The translations under genes were made by a program, and so were the position numbers. The notes under the pieces were generated by a model. It was not told the origin of the DNA. It did not search any database and saw nothing but the letters and a program-made list of their open reading frames with translations. DNA of 64,000 bases from Utricularia gibba (taxonomy: Eukaryota > Plantae > Magnoliophyta), in NCBI GenBank assembly GCA_002189035.1, contig NEEC01000014.1, positions 2,604,001 through 2,668,000 of the forward strand, read 5' to 3'. Below, in pieces: positions 11,946-22,871 of this stretch. Within the stretch, counting starts at the first letter, position 1, and the number at the start of each line of letters is the position of its first letter.

Positions 11946-12212
11946 CTACAGACAGAGCAGCTGGAGGAAACATGCGTCATAGAGGGTAATAATCTTTGAT
12001 CGGGTCTCCATCGACGCCTCGAAGTAGTAGCTGCAGTAGCAACGGTCGGGCTTCGCGGCGGAGACGCAGCAGCCGTGACTCGGGCGGACCATCCCTACGC
12101 AGCTTTCCATGTTCCGCCTGTTGCACAGCACCGGCTGAAATGCTATGCTCTCCGATACGGCGGCGAAGAGGAGGAGAAAGCAAAGCGCCAGTGAGAGCTT
12201 TCCCGAGCTCAT
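11946..12212 (-). CDS. Secreted 8-cysteine-motif (prolamin/nsLTP-like) small protein, 88 aa, intronless
   Basis: Hydrophobic signal peptide (MSSGKLSLALCFLLLFAAVSESIA), then C-X7-C-X9-CC-X8-CXC-X20-C-X5-C. Confidence 0.8.
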   Translation of the reverse strand: MSSGKLSLALCFLLLFAAVSESIAFQPVLCNRRNMESCVGMVRPSHGCCVSAAKPDRCYCSYYFEASMETRSKIITLYDACFLQLLCL

Positions 12213-13067
12213 TTTCTGAGAGGGAGACGTTGCGTGTTACGGGGTTGGTGACCACGACACTTTATAATGGGAACGCCTAGGTAGAGAAATGTAATTTCCC
12301 CATTTTTGATATTACACAATTGACAAGAACACATAATTTTTTTTAAAAATTAATCATTATCTAAAAACCAAACCACACGATTTGGTCAATTCTTTCGGCA
12401 TCTGTAATGCAAATTACGAATTATCAACAAGGTTTGGAAGTATTTAGCATCAATTATATTTTGATATCATTGTTTTTGTTTTCAAACATATATCAAATTA
12501 TATTTTATAAAATTTAATTTTTGAAAATTACTTCAATTTTTTATTAAGTATTAGAGATTAACTTTTTATGAAATAATTTAAATTTTAAATTATAATTTTA
12601 ATACATATTTAAATTAAAATAATAACATAAAATATAATTCAAATATTATATAATATTTTTATAATTCAAACGATATATAATACATTATTTATAAATTTAT
12701 AAAATATATGTAAATATATTATTCATTTGTTAAAATTAATTTTTACTTCTTATTATACAAATATGAAATTAACTCTATAGTGATTATTTTTAAAAATACA
12801 AATATTTAGAAGGATAATTATTTGAAAATACTCAAGTTTCGGGTTACACGTCAAAATTCAAATACTGGTTTTCATTTACAATACAAGTGGTGTGCATTAT
12901 AAAATGCCTTTATAAATAGATTACTTGAGGTGGGTATTTAAATTGTATAAGATAAGTATCATGGCTATTTTCACTATAAATAAATAAATAAATATTTGAT
13001 GTGAACTGCAGCTCTCTATAACGAACTCCAATCTGCAACTTGTGTGTTTTTGCTACGTGTTGGGTAC

Positions 13068-14410
13068 TTACTCGATGCCATCCCTGTCGAGAGTTTGCTT
13101 CATCTCAAGCCAAGTCTTCTCTGTCGAAATCTTCAGCTCCAGCGTTGAAAGCTCCTGCTGAACCTTTCTGTAAGATTCAGAAGCTATCTGCAGAACATTC
13201 CCATTTAGTCATTTTGCCCACGTACAGAGATTTGGACTGGGATGAATCCCAGAAAAGATGCTGCAAGAAGACAGTTGGTTATGGGTAAAAAGTTGGGAGT
13301 GAGAAATAACCTACCTGATCAACAATCTGGTTTATAAGCTTGTCTTCTGTTGCTTGTCCAGGAGATAAGAGATGTTCCATGAAATAGTGCTGAGAAAACT
13401 TGTTTTGTCTTTGTAATGACTTGAGCATCTTTGTCTGCAACATCACCAATCTCTTCTTCTTTTCGGGGGCTTTCAGGGCCAATGATGGATTCACATTCGT
13501 GCATCATGCAGCAGATGTCCTCCCGAGGCCTCGAGTTTGCTCACACTGAGTAGAGTAGAGTCTCGTGAGGATCTGCATCTTGTTTCCAAGATGTTTTTTT
13601 TTTTCCCGCATCTTACCATCAGCAGTTGCAGAGCTCCAAATTTGTTCAGCTGTACCACAGGAGCAGCAGTCACAGACATGACAGATGAATAAACTCAGTG
13701 TACGCCCTCCTTTTCAGGGTTAGTAGGTGTACTAGATTCCTCGCGGAGGACATCACCATTTTCTGAAGGTGGTAAGTTGGATCCATCAAAGAGGGAGGAG
13801 GTATCCTCCTAGGGTTTACTGTTCACATTCAAAACTTGGGTGAAAATGCGCTTCAGCTTCTGCTGGATCCCTCCAGTGGATGAGATCCTCGACCCTTCAT
13901 TACCATGTGTGTTTTTCCCCTTGCTCAGCGATTTGAGGGAAATCAAATCAATTATTGATGTATCTCATCACTTCATAAATCAGCCTCATCCATTTGCATT
14001 ATATGGAAGATGGAATCTTTATGCATTTCATTTCAGACAACGCATTTCAAGCACAACTCATGTTCGTCCCCAAGCACAGAGCATCAGGCTGCCATTCAAC
14101 TTTCTTCTCTGCTTCTCCTCTTCAGAACCAGGCAAGGCGTTAAGGCAAGTCCTCTGTAGAACGGCTACACAGAATAGCTGACAGGATTCAGCTTGTGAGT
14201 CAAAATCCTTGGTCAGATAAGGAAATAAAGGACCCTGATCCCAGGATTCACACAGCAAAAATAGCATGAAGATCCAAAGATGAACACAGTGTTTAATCCA
14301 GATCAGATCCCAAGAATCCGCACTCCAAGGTCAGCTAGTATGTAAGAAGTAAATGCTTAGATCCAGAAGAAAGTACCAGATAACCAGATCTGGGGTTCCG
14401 TGACCATATG
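13068..14410 (-). pseudogene. Decayed spliced protein-coding gene of unrecognised family
   Basis: Clean terminal exon 13068..13187 (IASESYRKVQQELSTLELKISTEKTWLEMKQTLDRDGIE*) joined by a 127-nt GT-AG intron to an upstream frame (...KKKRLVMLQTKMLKSLQRQNKFSQHYFMEHLLSPGQATEDKLINQIVDQ). That frame carries in-frame stops at 13504-13506, ~13715-13740 and 13809-13811. The 5' boundary is approximate. Confidence 0.5.
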
Positions 14411-15927
14411 CTCACAGATCTCAACCTCTTCCCAATCAATCCCACCTGCGAAAGTTGAGAAGTTTTGGAAACGGAGGCAATGGGGTAAAGAGAAACGCGG
14501 TGATGACAGAAGAATAGAGAGCACAAAGTTTGACCACACAGATCCTGCCTGTGTTCTCATCATCTGTGCCCTCTATCTTCTGTCAGCTCCTCACCATAAC
14601 CGCTTCACCCCATCATCAAAAAACCTGAAGAAGAAGAAGAAGGGTTTGTTCGGGAAGCAAAAGAGGGGAGGGGTGGTGCAAGCTGAGTTCAGTCACTAAC
14701 ACACCACCGTATTTAAAAGCCTAAATCTGAAGTGAACGCCCTCCCTCGCACACATCCCAGTTTGTCGTTGAATGAATATTTAATAAGGTATTCCATTCCA
14801 TTGCCGGCCATCATTGCATTCTTACAAAAAACCTGAGCTGTAGCTTTAACTTATCCGTTCATGAGTTTCGGTCTCTTTTGAAAAAGCTGTTGCATGTGCC
14901 GTAGGCCGAGACGTGGAGGTTGCATAACCAGAAGGACGGACCAGGGACCAAAGACACCCACCACCACATTCCCCATTTTTGACGGGTCTGCCCGGCGCTG
15001 CTACCTGCTGCACTGCTAATTATTACGCCGAAGAACAACAACTCGACCCCATTTAACCAAGGTATGGGTTCCCAAAAGGCAAAAGGCGACAACTTACATC
15101 TTTTACTCCTCTCAAAACGGTAACTTAGAACAAACTCATTTATAAACTTGACCACTGTTAATTTATTTCACACACTAACACAAAAAAAAAACATTAAAAG
15201 TGGTCAATTTTTTTCACAATTATCATAAGATGACTAGATATGTAAACCACTCTTTCAAACATGTTAGAGCAATGTGCCTCAAAGGCAGCCTCTTGATTTT
15301 TACTCTATCAGTAAATTTTACTCTCACTTATTTTTTGAGAATTGACAGAGTGGACGGACAAGCCCTCCAACTTCTTGGATCTCCTTCATGTTTTTTTTTT
15401 TGTCAAATCATGCTCAAGAGGATGGATTTTTGGAAGACACTTGATGGTAGGAAAAAAATATTAATTTTGGTGAGAAAAAAATAAATATTTTTGTATAAAA
15501 TGGATTTATATTGTAGGGAATTAGGTGTTGGGGGACCCACAGTAGACTTTGCATAAAGGAGGTCACGAATGATTCCCACATCATCGAGAAGCGGACCTCA
15601 CACGCCCAAAAAAGGGAAGCTCTTAAGGATATAATTTTTTTATTTTTTTATCTCATAAAAAAAAAATCACCTCTGGTAAGTGGTAATCTTTTTTACAAGC
15701 CGCTAGTTGACTTTTATGTTCCGAGTATTATGTGTAATTTAATATAATTAATTAATCACGGAGATTAGGTTTGGGCAGGAGTAGCATTGAGTACAACGCG
15801 GATCCAGTGCCCAGCGAGGGTTTTTCAATTAGGGCTGCTAGGGGAATGGAATCCGCAAACACATTCCAATTGTATTGTTGATGGGTCTGCTGCGCTTCGT
15901 CTGATTGCAATTTAGAAGCAATGCTCC

Positions 15928-16431
15928 ATGGTGACTAGGCCGAAACTCGTGGAGCAACTCAGAGGTCACCAGATTCGTTCTCTCCGATCCCGCTTCTCTC
16001 AACCTGGTAACTCTGTTATTCTTCTATCAGATTTGCTGTTAAGCCGGGATTCTGTTAACGTCGTATACTTTCTGGTGCTGTTATGTCTTTGTATCTTGTT
16101 TTTTTTGACTTACTGGATGTTGAGAAGACAATGAGACTTCGCACATTATGTTTTAACGCTCTGTTGAGATATCTAGCTTTTGAAATCTCGATCAAGTAGT
16201 CTGGTCTCATCTATGAACACTATGCTATCATTTCTATTCGATTGGGAAGCATTGCTCTGGCTTCATTTTTAGTTTCCCTAGCGGAGTGCATGCAATGTTA
16301 GTCGTATGGTGATATCTCGGTAGACATGTGTCATTCTTTTATGATAATGTTCCATTTGTGCTACAATTCTTTGGTTCTATCTTAGTTATCTTGGCTGACA
16401 ACTTCTTACAGGACCGAAGTGTCAGTCGTAA
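15928..16431 (+). CDS. Candidate spliced upstream ORF in the CCZ1 leader (MVTRPKLVEQLRGHQIRSLRSRFSQP|GPKCQS*, 32 aa)
   Basis: ATG at 15928, donor ctg|gtaact after 16006, acceptor ttacag|16412, stop 16429-16431. A further donor after ~16453 and acceptor at 16667 lead into the CCZ1 ATG exon. Confidence 0.45.
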
Positions 16432-16682
16432 AAAGACAAACCTGTTTTATTGAGTGAGAAATCTGAAATTAAAGCAGCGTTTTTGATTGTGCATCTTGGT
16501 TTCAAGCTCAAACCGGTTGGTGGGTTGCCTTTTCATTTCTTCCTTTTCAGTAAGCAGGGAATATGTGCCTTATGATCTTATGTCAAAAGCAAAAATATAG
16601 ACTTGAGTAGTGTTGATTTTTTCTATTTGCAGTTCTTTTAGAGCTTTAGTTGCTTTTTGTGGTGCAGGAAAGTTGGATTTAA

Positions 16683-19600
16683 ATGGGTTTCTCACCTAAA
16701 ACTGATGCGGGTGAACCTGTGAATTTGTGTGTTTTTGATCTGAGAAGGGGTCAAACTGAAGGACAGGAGTTGGACAAGATTCTCTTTTTCTATCCTAATG
16801 ATGTATCCCTCTCAACACAGTTATCGGTTATTGGCCTTAGTGAAGGCCTTATCACGTTTACCAGGTTCGCTTTTATTGGGCCATGCCTTTTGCTGTTTGA
16901 TTTTGGATTCTGGGTGGATGTTTTAGCATGCAGTAGTTCTCCCCGGGATTTTGGATACCCTATTGATCCATGAAAATTGCAGAGAAATCCTATGAAAACA
17001 TTTAAATTAAATGAACATCAAATCCTTGGTTCCTTGTGGTGGTTTATTTTAGTATATGAAACGTTGTATCTAAAACATAATCGGTGCTGCAGATATTTAG
17101 TATGGAATTCACGAAGGGATACTCTCAGTTTCTTTATCCAGTTATCCATGTTTAAGACTGCATAGTATCTATGATGAATCTCTTGAAGGGATAGTGCTTT
17201 TTTGTCATCTGATAATCTAGGTTTCAGCCATTCATTTGAAAAATCAATTGCTTTTGTTTCGTTGGACTGGGTCAGTGTTACTGAGCGATAGATTTCTTAG
17301 ATATCTAATGCTAGTTTCCTGCAGAATTTTCTCACCAGAGGCTCCATGTGAAGTTATTGAGGCTGAGATGCATTCTCATGTTTTTTATGAAGCAGAGCCT
17401 GATGTCTGGATGGTGCTGGTATGAGAATTCTTCTTCTATTATGCTTGTTATTTTACCTGATTTTTTAGATATTCATTTACCTGCTTGTATGTTATTTTTT
17501 ATTATTTAGATAGTACAAAAGAATGATGACTCTGAAGAAATTTGGCGAATGGATTCTTTGCGAGAGGTTCTTAAGGAAGTGCATTCACTTTTTGTGATGT
17601 TTAATGGATCTATTCGAGTGTTGGTCGATAAAGAACCTACTGGAGGTCTTGTGAGAACTCACCTGTACTATTTCATCATGGACTTTTTGAGTGGTAAGTT
17701 GCTGATATGCCTTCACCCCTTAGAAGGGATGCTTCTTTATTCCGTGTCGTGTTTACCACTCCTTCAAGTTAATTGTCAGCATTCGAAAAGAGATCTCCCT
17801 TGGGATATTGCTGCTGGGGTAATGCTGCAGTTGCTGAGTCAAATGATTCATTTTTCATTTCTAAACTTGGAGCTACTGGAACCTGCCTTTTCATTCCTTG
17901 GATTTTTTTTTTTCTGTTGGGCCAGATTTTTCTGCTGGGAAGAAACTCCGTTTGCCTAACTTTCGTGACTCTTTAAAAGAGCGTGGAACATTTCAGATGT
18001 TAACCATGGGACGTGAGGCTGCTCTTGAAGTGCAGGTAGGTTTGTATTTTAATTTTATTTATTCTTCTTCTCCGTTTGTGTAACATATATGTTTGTAACG
18101 CATAAAGGAATTCAGAAGGCTCACCTTGTGACATTTGATTTTTTCAGTCTGTTGTCAGGGTGCTTGAATCATGTACAGGTGACACAAAATCGTTTACAAT
18201 GGTCCTTTTCCAGGATTTTGTTGTTTCCACAAATCTCTCACCGGTATGGTTTTGCTCTTTTATTTTTCCTTGTTAATAGAGGTTAAGTTTTGAGAAAACA
18301 AAAAAAAAGGTGAACAGCAGCACATGTTATTTGTCTTGACCGTGATTGTTATGCTAATATACCATTAGCCACTTGTGTTTCCTTGATTGGCAGGTGGACA
18401 GCGTAAGCCTCTTTGTGTATGCAATACTAAGATTAACCCCTCATGCTCTTTCATGGGTTACAAGTTCATGGTCCTCTTCACATAGCAGAAGCGCTGGTTA
18501 CAACTTTGAACCTGGAATTTTGATAGAAAATCCTGTTGTTCACGGGCAATCCCTTAATTCGCATGACGTACATACCCTTAGAAATGGGAGCTATTCTGTT
18601 TTGAGACCCTTGCAGCGTGGCAAGTGGTTCAAGGGGGAGGATGGGTTTCTTCTTACAGACATATGGGGTGTAGAAGATAATAATTCTGCGCCTAAAAGCC
18701 CCACCGTATGGCTTAATCAAAGAGAGGAAAAAATGTACATATTGGCTTATCAGCACCGTGGCCTCACGGCTATTGTTCTTGTACCAATTTCATCTGTCAA
18801 TGGTGAGCAAGGGATTGCAAGGGTGAAGCAGCAAATTCTTGAAACCGTGAGTTTCTCTTTTGTATTGCACTGTGCACTATATTCAACGTTCTTTGTCTTT
18901 GAATTCTTGGCTGATCACGGGTATTTCATGAGTGAATAGTTAATGGATCATGTTGAAGGACAAATCTTAGGTATAATCATTTTCTGATGAATAGTGTGGG
19001 TTTAATCTCTTTACAATTATAAAAGTTAATACTTAACCAGATTGCATGATAATTCTACAATGTAAGCCATTACAAAATTAATTTTCAAAAACCCCCCTCA
19101 GTTTGCAACCTGTCCCCTTGCCGTAAATAGTGGAAAAGTTCTTTATTGGTGTTCTTATTGGCCTTTTTTCCATAAATAAGATATTCAATGTTAGTTCAAT
19201 TCAGGCATCAGTCAAAATTTCCAAAGTGGAAGAGAAGCTGTCTAGAGCTTGGGGTGGTGATAATGCGTACCATGTTAGTGGATATCGTTATTTGCTGGTT
19301 GATGGTGATACAAATGTATCAAGAGCAACTCCACCTGGGAAAGTTACAACATTGTCGAAGGTGAGTCCTGCCCGAAAGCTAAGCTGAATGCCTGAATGCA
19401 TATTTCACTAAAAAAACGAGGTTTGGTTTGTGCATCCTATTTTCAGTTGGCTCACTGTTAAAACATTTTGGCTTGATTGAATTCATGTATGGAACATGGC
19501 AACTCTCTGTAGACTCGTTGAAGTACCTTCCATCACTTTCCCGCTATTCTTATTCCACTGTTGTCAGTATTTTCATTTTCTCTGCTGCTGCTGATGATCT

Positions 19601-19995
19601 CTACGAATATTTATATCAGTTATAGGAAATTTGAATCTCTCAAAAATCCCACAGGAATCATTGGCTGCCATGAATAAACTCCGAGAGGAGGTTGACTTGG
19701 ATAAAGGTGGTGCTAAATGGAATAATTCATTACCATCCTGTGAGAATGATCTGGAAATATGCCTTAGAGCCAGAAACAATGCTTGGCTTATTGCTCGCCT
19801 TACCCGGGGAAAGGAACTTTACATGGTTCTTGAAAAAGCCAACGAAACACTTCTCTATGCTTCAGAAGCTGTTGAGAAGTTTAGTGAGAGGTAAGGCACT
19901 GCTTCTATTGGAGACTTGTGAATTTTCTTACAACTCTTGCTTGAAATGATGGTCTATTGATTTTTTTCTTGAAATAGGATTTTTAGCAGTAGTTT

Positions 19996-20042
<47 letters not shown>

Positions 20043-20211
20043 TGAAACTATGAGCAATGATTAGGAGATTTCATCCATGGCAGGCAGGCCATGATCGCTT
20101 GACCACTATAGGGATTCAATTTCCAGCCTTCCACCAGGAATTCATGACACCATCTGTTCTCACTACGTTGTATATTGCAGGTACTGCAACGGCGCGTTTT
20201 CATTGAGCTAG
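16683..20211 (+). CDS. CCZ1: Vacuolar fusion protein CCZ1 homolog (MON1-CCZ1 Rab7 GEF subunit); ~10 coding exons
   Basis: Exons 16683..16864, 17325..17418, 17510..17693, 17780..17818, 17926..18035, 18148..18243, 18394..18846, 19205..19360, 19655..19890, 20181..20211. Motifs CVFDLRRGQTEGQELDKILFFYP, LSVIGLSEGLITFTR, HSHVFYEAEPDVWMV, AYHVSGYRYLLVDGD and terminal RYCNGAFSLS*. Confidence 0.93.
19996..20042. repeat. Compound (TG)n(AG)n microsatellite in the last CCZ1 intron
   Basis: Direct read: ~11 TG units followed by ~12 AG units. Confidence 0.9.
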
Positions 20212-21163
20212 ACATCGGTTGGAAATGCGGTGATAATGTTAGCATTATTGAACAGTGTATCTCAATGAAATAAGGTGAGCATTGCCGCAGCCAAGTGTAA
20301 ATTTTGGCATCAAACTTGTGCATGCTAATCTATGTCTAATTTTCCCATGGGGGGATCCTTGTAATATGTTCTTCTTGAGTGTGTAGAGGATGCCGTAGCG
20401 ATCATGTTCTGAATGTGTATGCATAGGATTTCTCTCTGAATATCAAGGCTCAAGTCACTGTGACCACCAACCAATTGTTACAAATACGTAGGGACTAGAG
20501 GCATGGCATGGCATAGAATCTCCCAAGGGGGCGGGGGGGGGGGGGAGTTGTACAAAGACTTTCAAACAGATAACCGCTTCGTATACATCAAAAAACAGTT
20601 CTCCCGATTGAGAAGCAGATAATGAGAATTATTAACGAACGACGCAAGAACCTGACACCGAGTACGGGGTGTTGTCCGTGCTGTGGACTGCAGCCCACCT
20701 TCTTGGGCCTTTTGATAGTTTCCTATTGGGCTTTATAGCGATTAGCCCAGCCGCAGTCGATTTGGGTGCCTCTTCTCCCTTCCGCGTAATCGGAGTTTTC
20801 GGCATTCATTTTCCTGCTTCTGCTTCATTCCTCATCGATCCTGCTCCAGGTTGCTTCTAATTTACCTGTTGTTTCTGGTTTTCATTGCGTTGATGTGTGT
20901 ATTTTTAGTTGGAAAGTTTTAGTAAAAATTGCTGCCACCCTGTTGCTAAGTTCTTGAAGGTAGGTGCTTTAAGTGTTAAGTGAAATGGGTAGGCTCTATT
21001 TGTTTGTGGTTAGTCGTGAATCTCTAGTATCGTCTGTTGGTTTTTTTTCCCTAGAAAAAAGGAGGCTGACTATGTGTAGTGTAGTGAATTCATGATGTGC
21101 AAAGCCATCAGTAGACTCACCCCCATTTTTCATTCTTTTCAGATGTGAAAATAGGGATAAAAT

Positions 21164-22439
21164 ATGATAAAGAGAAGATTCTACCGGCTTGAGCATGGCA
21201 ATAAGGAAAACCCCTCAGAGTCTGCTTCATCTTCTTCTGACTCTGAGCTACAGGGCGATGCCTCGAATTCGGAAGAAATTGAAATGGAGGATGCTGATGT
21301 AGAGGAATCAAATGTTGTATCTGATACGGCGGAGAAGGAGGCTTCTTCTTCCTCTGGTATAACTGCCATTGTATTTAGTTCTTTTTTCTGGATTCATAAT
21401 GCAATGTAACATTTTTTCTGCCTCCTGATTTCTTTCCTTTTAAAATTCTTGTCATGTCAGGTTACGAGACTGAGGGTAGTTCAGCTAGTGAATTAAATCT
21501 AGACTCGTCAGGTGAAATCCTAGTTTCTACTTCTATGATGTTGTTCTCTGAGTTTTTCCAAGTCGGGCCGGAGGTTATATTATGACTATATATGGTCACT
21601 TACTGCAGTTTGATAATGTGCATTTTATGTAACTTAAGGAGTTATATACGCGCATATAAATGGATTTTAATCTCTGAATAACTGGGCTATGGACAATTTA
21701 TAAGTTCAAGTTCATATGTCCGCTTACCCGAACTTTTTTATTTCATACAGTGACTGATTCTGTATTTATATTGAACGGTGCATCTTGTGTCATCTCCTTG
21801 TTGAAAAATGCTAAAAAAAGTAATCTTTTGAAGAATTACCAGCAAGTGATGATGACAAAGCAGCTCAAATGAGCACTCCGAGCATTCTGAAAAGTACATC
21901 TCATGATGGAGGAGATACCGCCACACCTTCACATTGCCCAGAGCCCTTTGATGTCAAGGATTGCGTTTTGAAACGTAAATCAGTTTTTAAATGCAAGTTG
22001 TGCCCCAGGATCGTCTGCTTGTCTGAAGACACTCTAAGGGCACATCTAAACTCTAAGGCAAGTTTGAATCAGTAAATCAACTTTTACATCCCCTGTGTCA
22101 CACCTCATGTTCAATTCATCAACAATCTCGTTGATAACAGAGACATGCCCGTTCAGAGAAGTTGTACAAGGCCGGCAGGCTGAAGCTCATGCTGAATGAC
22201 GATGGCCAGATTAAGGGTGAGGATTATCCCAAATCTCATCCTGCAACAGAGGTGATCATCTGTGCATACTGACTACAGGAGATCATTTCTTTGTTGTATA
22301 ACATCCTTCCGTTTTTCGTTTGATCTAAATGCCATAAAGTAAAAATTGACAGAGTTCTGGACAGCAAAAGAGAAGGGGCAGCCGACGATGGAAAGAAAGA
22401 AAGACAAAGAAATCTAAGAGGACATATGGTAGAAAGTAG
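21164..22439 (+). CDS. Uncharacterised conserved plant protein: acidic Ser/Glu tract, single C2H2-like zinc finger, basic C-terminus; ~221 aa
   Basis: join(21164..21356,21461..21511,21834..22057,22141..22251,22353..22439) = 666 nt, in frame. Starts MIKRRFYRLEHG; finger KCKLCPRIVCLSEDTLRAHLNSK|RH (C-X2-C-X13-H-X5-H); intron 3 is GC-AG. The last exon is the least certain. Confidence 0.75.
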
Positions 22440-22871
22440 TAGCTTGGTTTCCATTCCGCTGAACTTTGGAAGTGGAGCTCTCCTTTCCTTTCATCATGAA
22501 TGTGCGCCCCACATCAACATTCCTCATCATGCTTCCAGAGCATACTTTTTTCCGACAGTGTTTTACTTGCTTTTGGAAGATAACATTTTGGACAGTCACA
22601 AGTCTTCGCTCATCTGCTTCCGATGTAGCCTTTGTTTTGTTTACCTGTCAGAATTTTACGGTGAATGAAACCTTGGGAGTAATTTTTTCCCCTAATAATA
22701 ATAACTAGGTAAGCAAATTCATGGCTTTTGCATCCCAAGCACTTCTTCCAAATTTCATTTGCTTTTATTTTTCCTTGCCTTTTTTCAATGTGCAATTGAT
22801 AGAGGCCCACAGTTATGGGCCATCCACTCCAAATGTTGAAAGGCCTAGGAACAGTCCAAGCTTGTTCATCC

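Noticed and set aside
15574-15583. TCCCACATCA resembling the plant snRNA/telomerase-RNA USE element
   Set aside because: One mismatch, no TATA at the required spacing, and no recognisable snRNA downstream.
17171-17284. ATGATGA...CTGA pair in CCZ1 intron 1 resembling a C/D box snoRNA
   Set aside because: Only a 4-bp terminal stem and no rRNA/snRNA antisense element I could recognise. A snoscan search would be needed to revive it.
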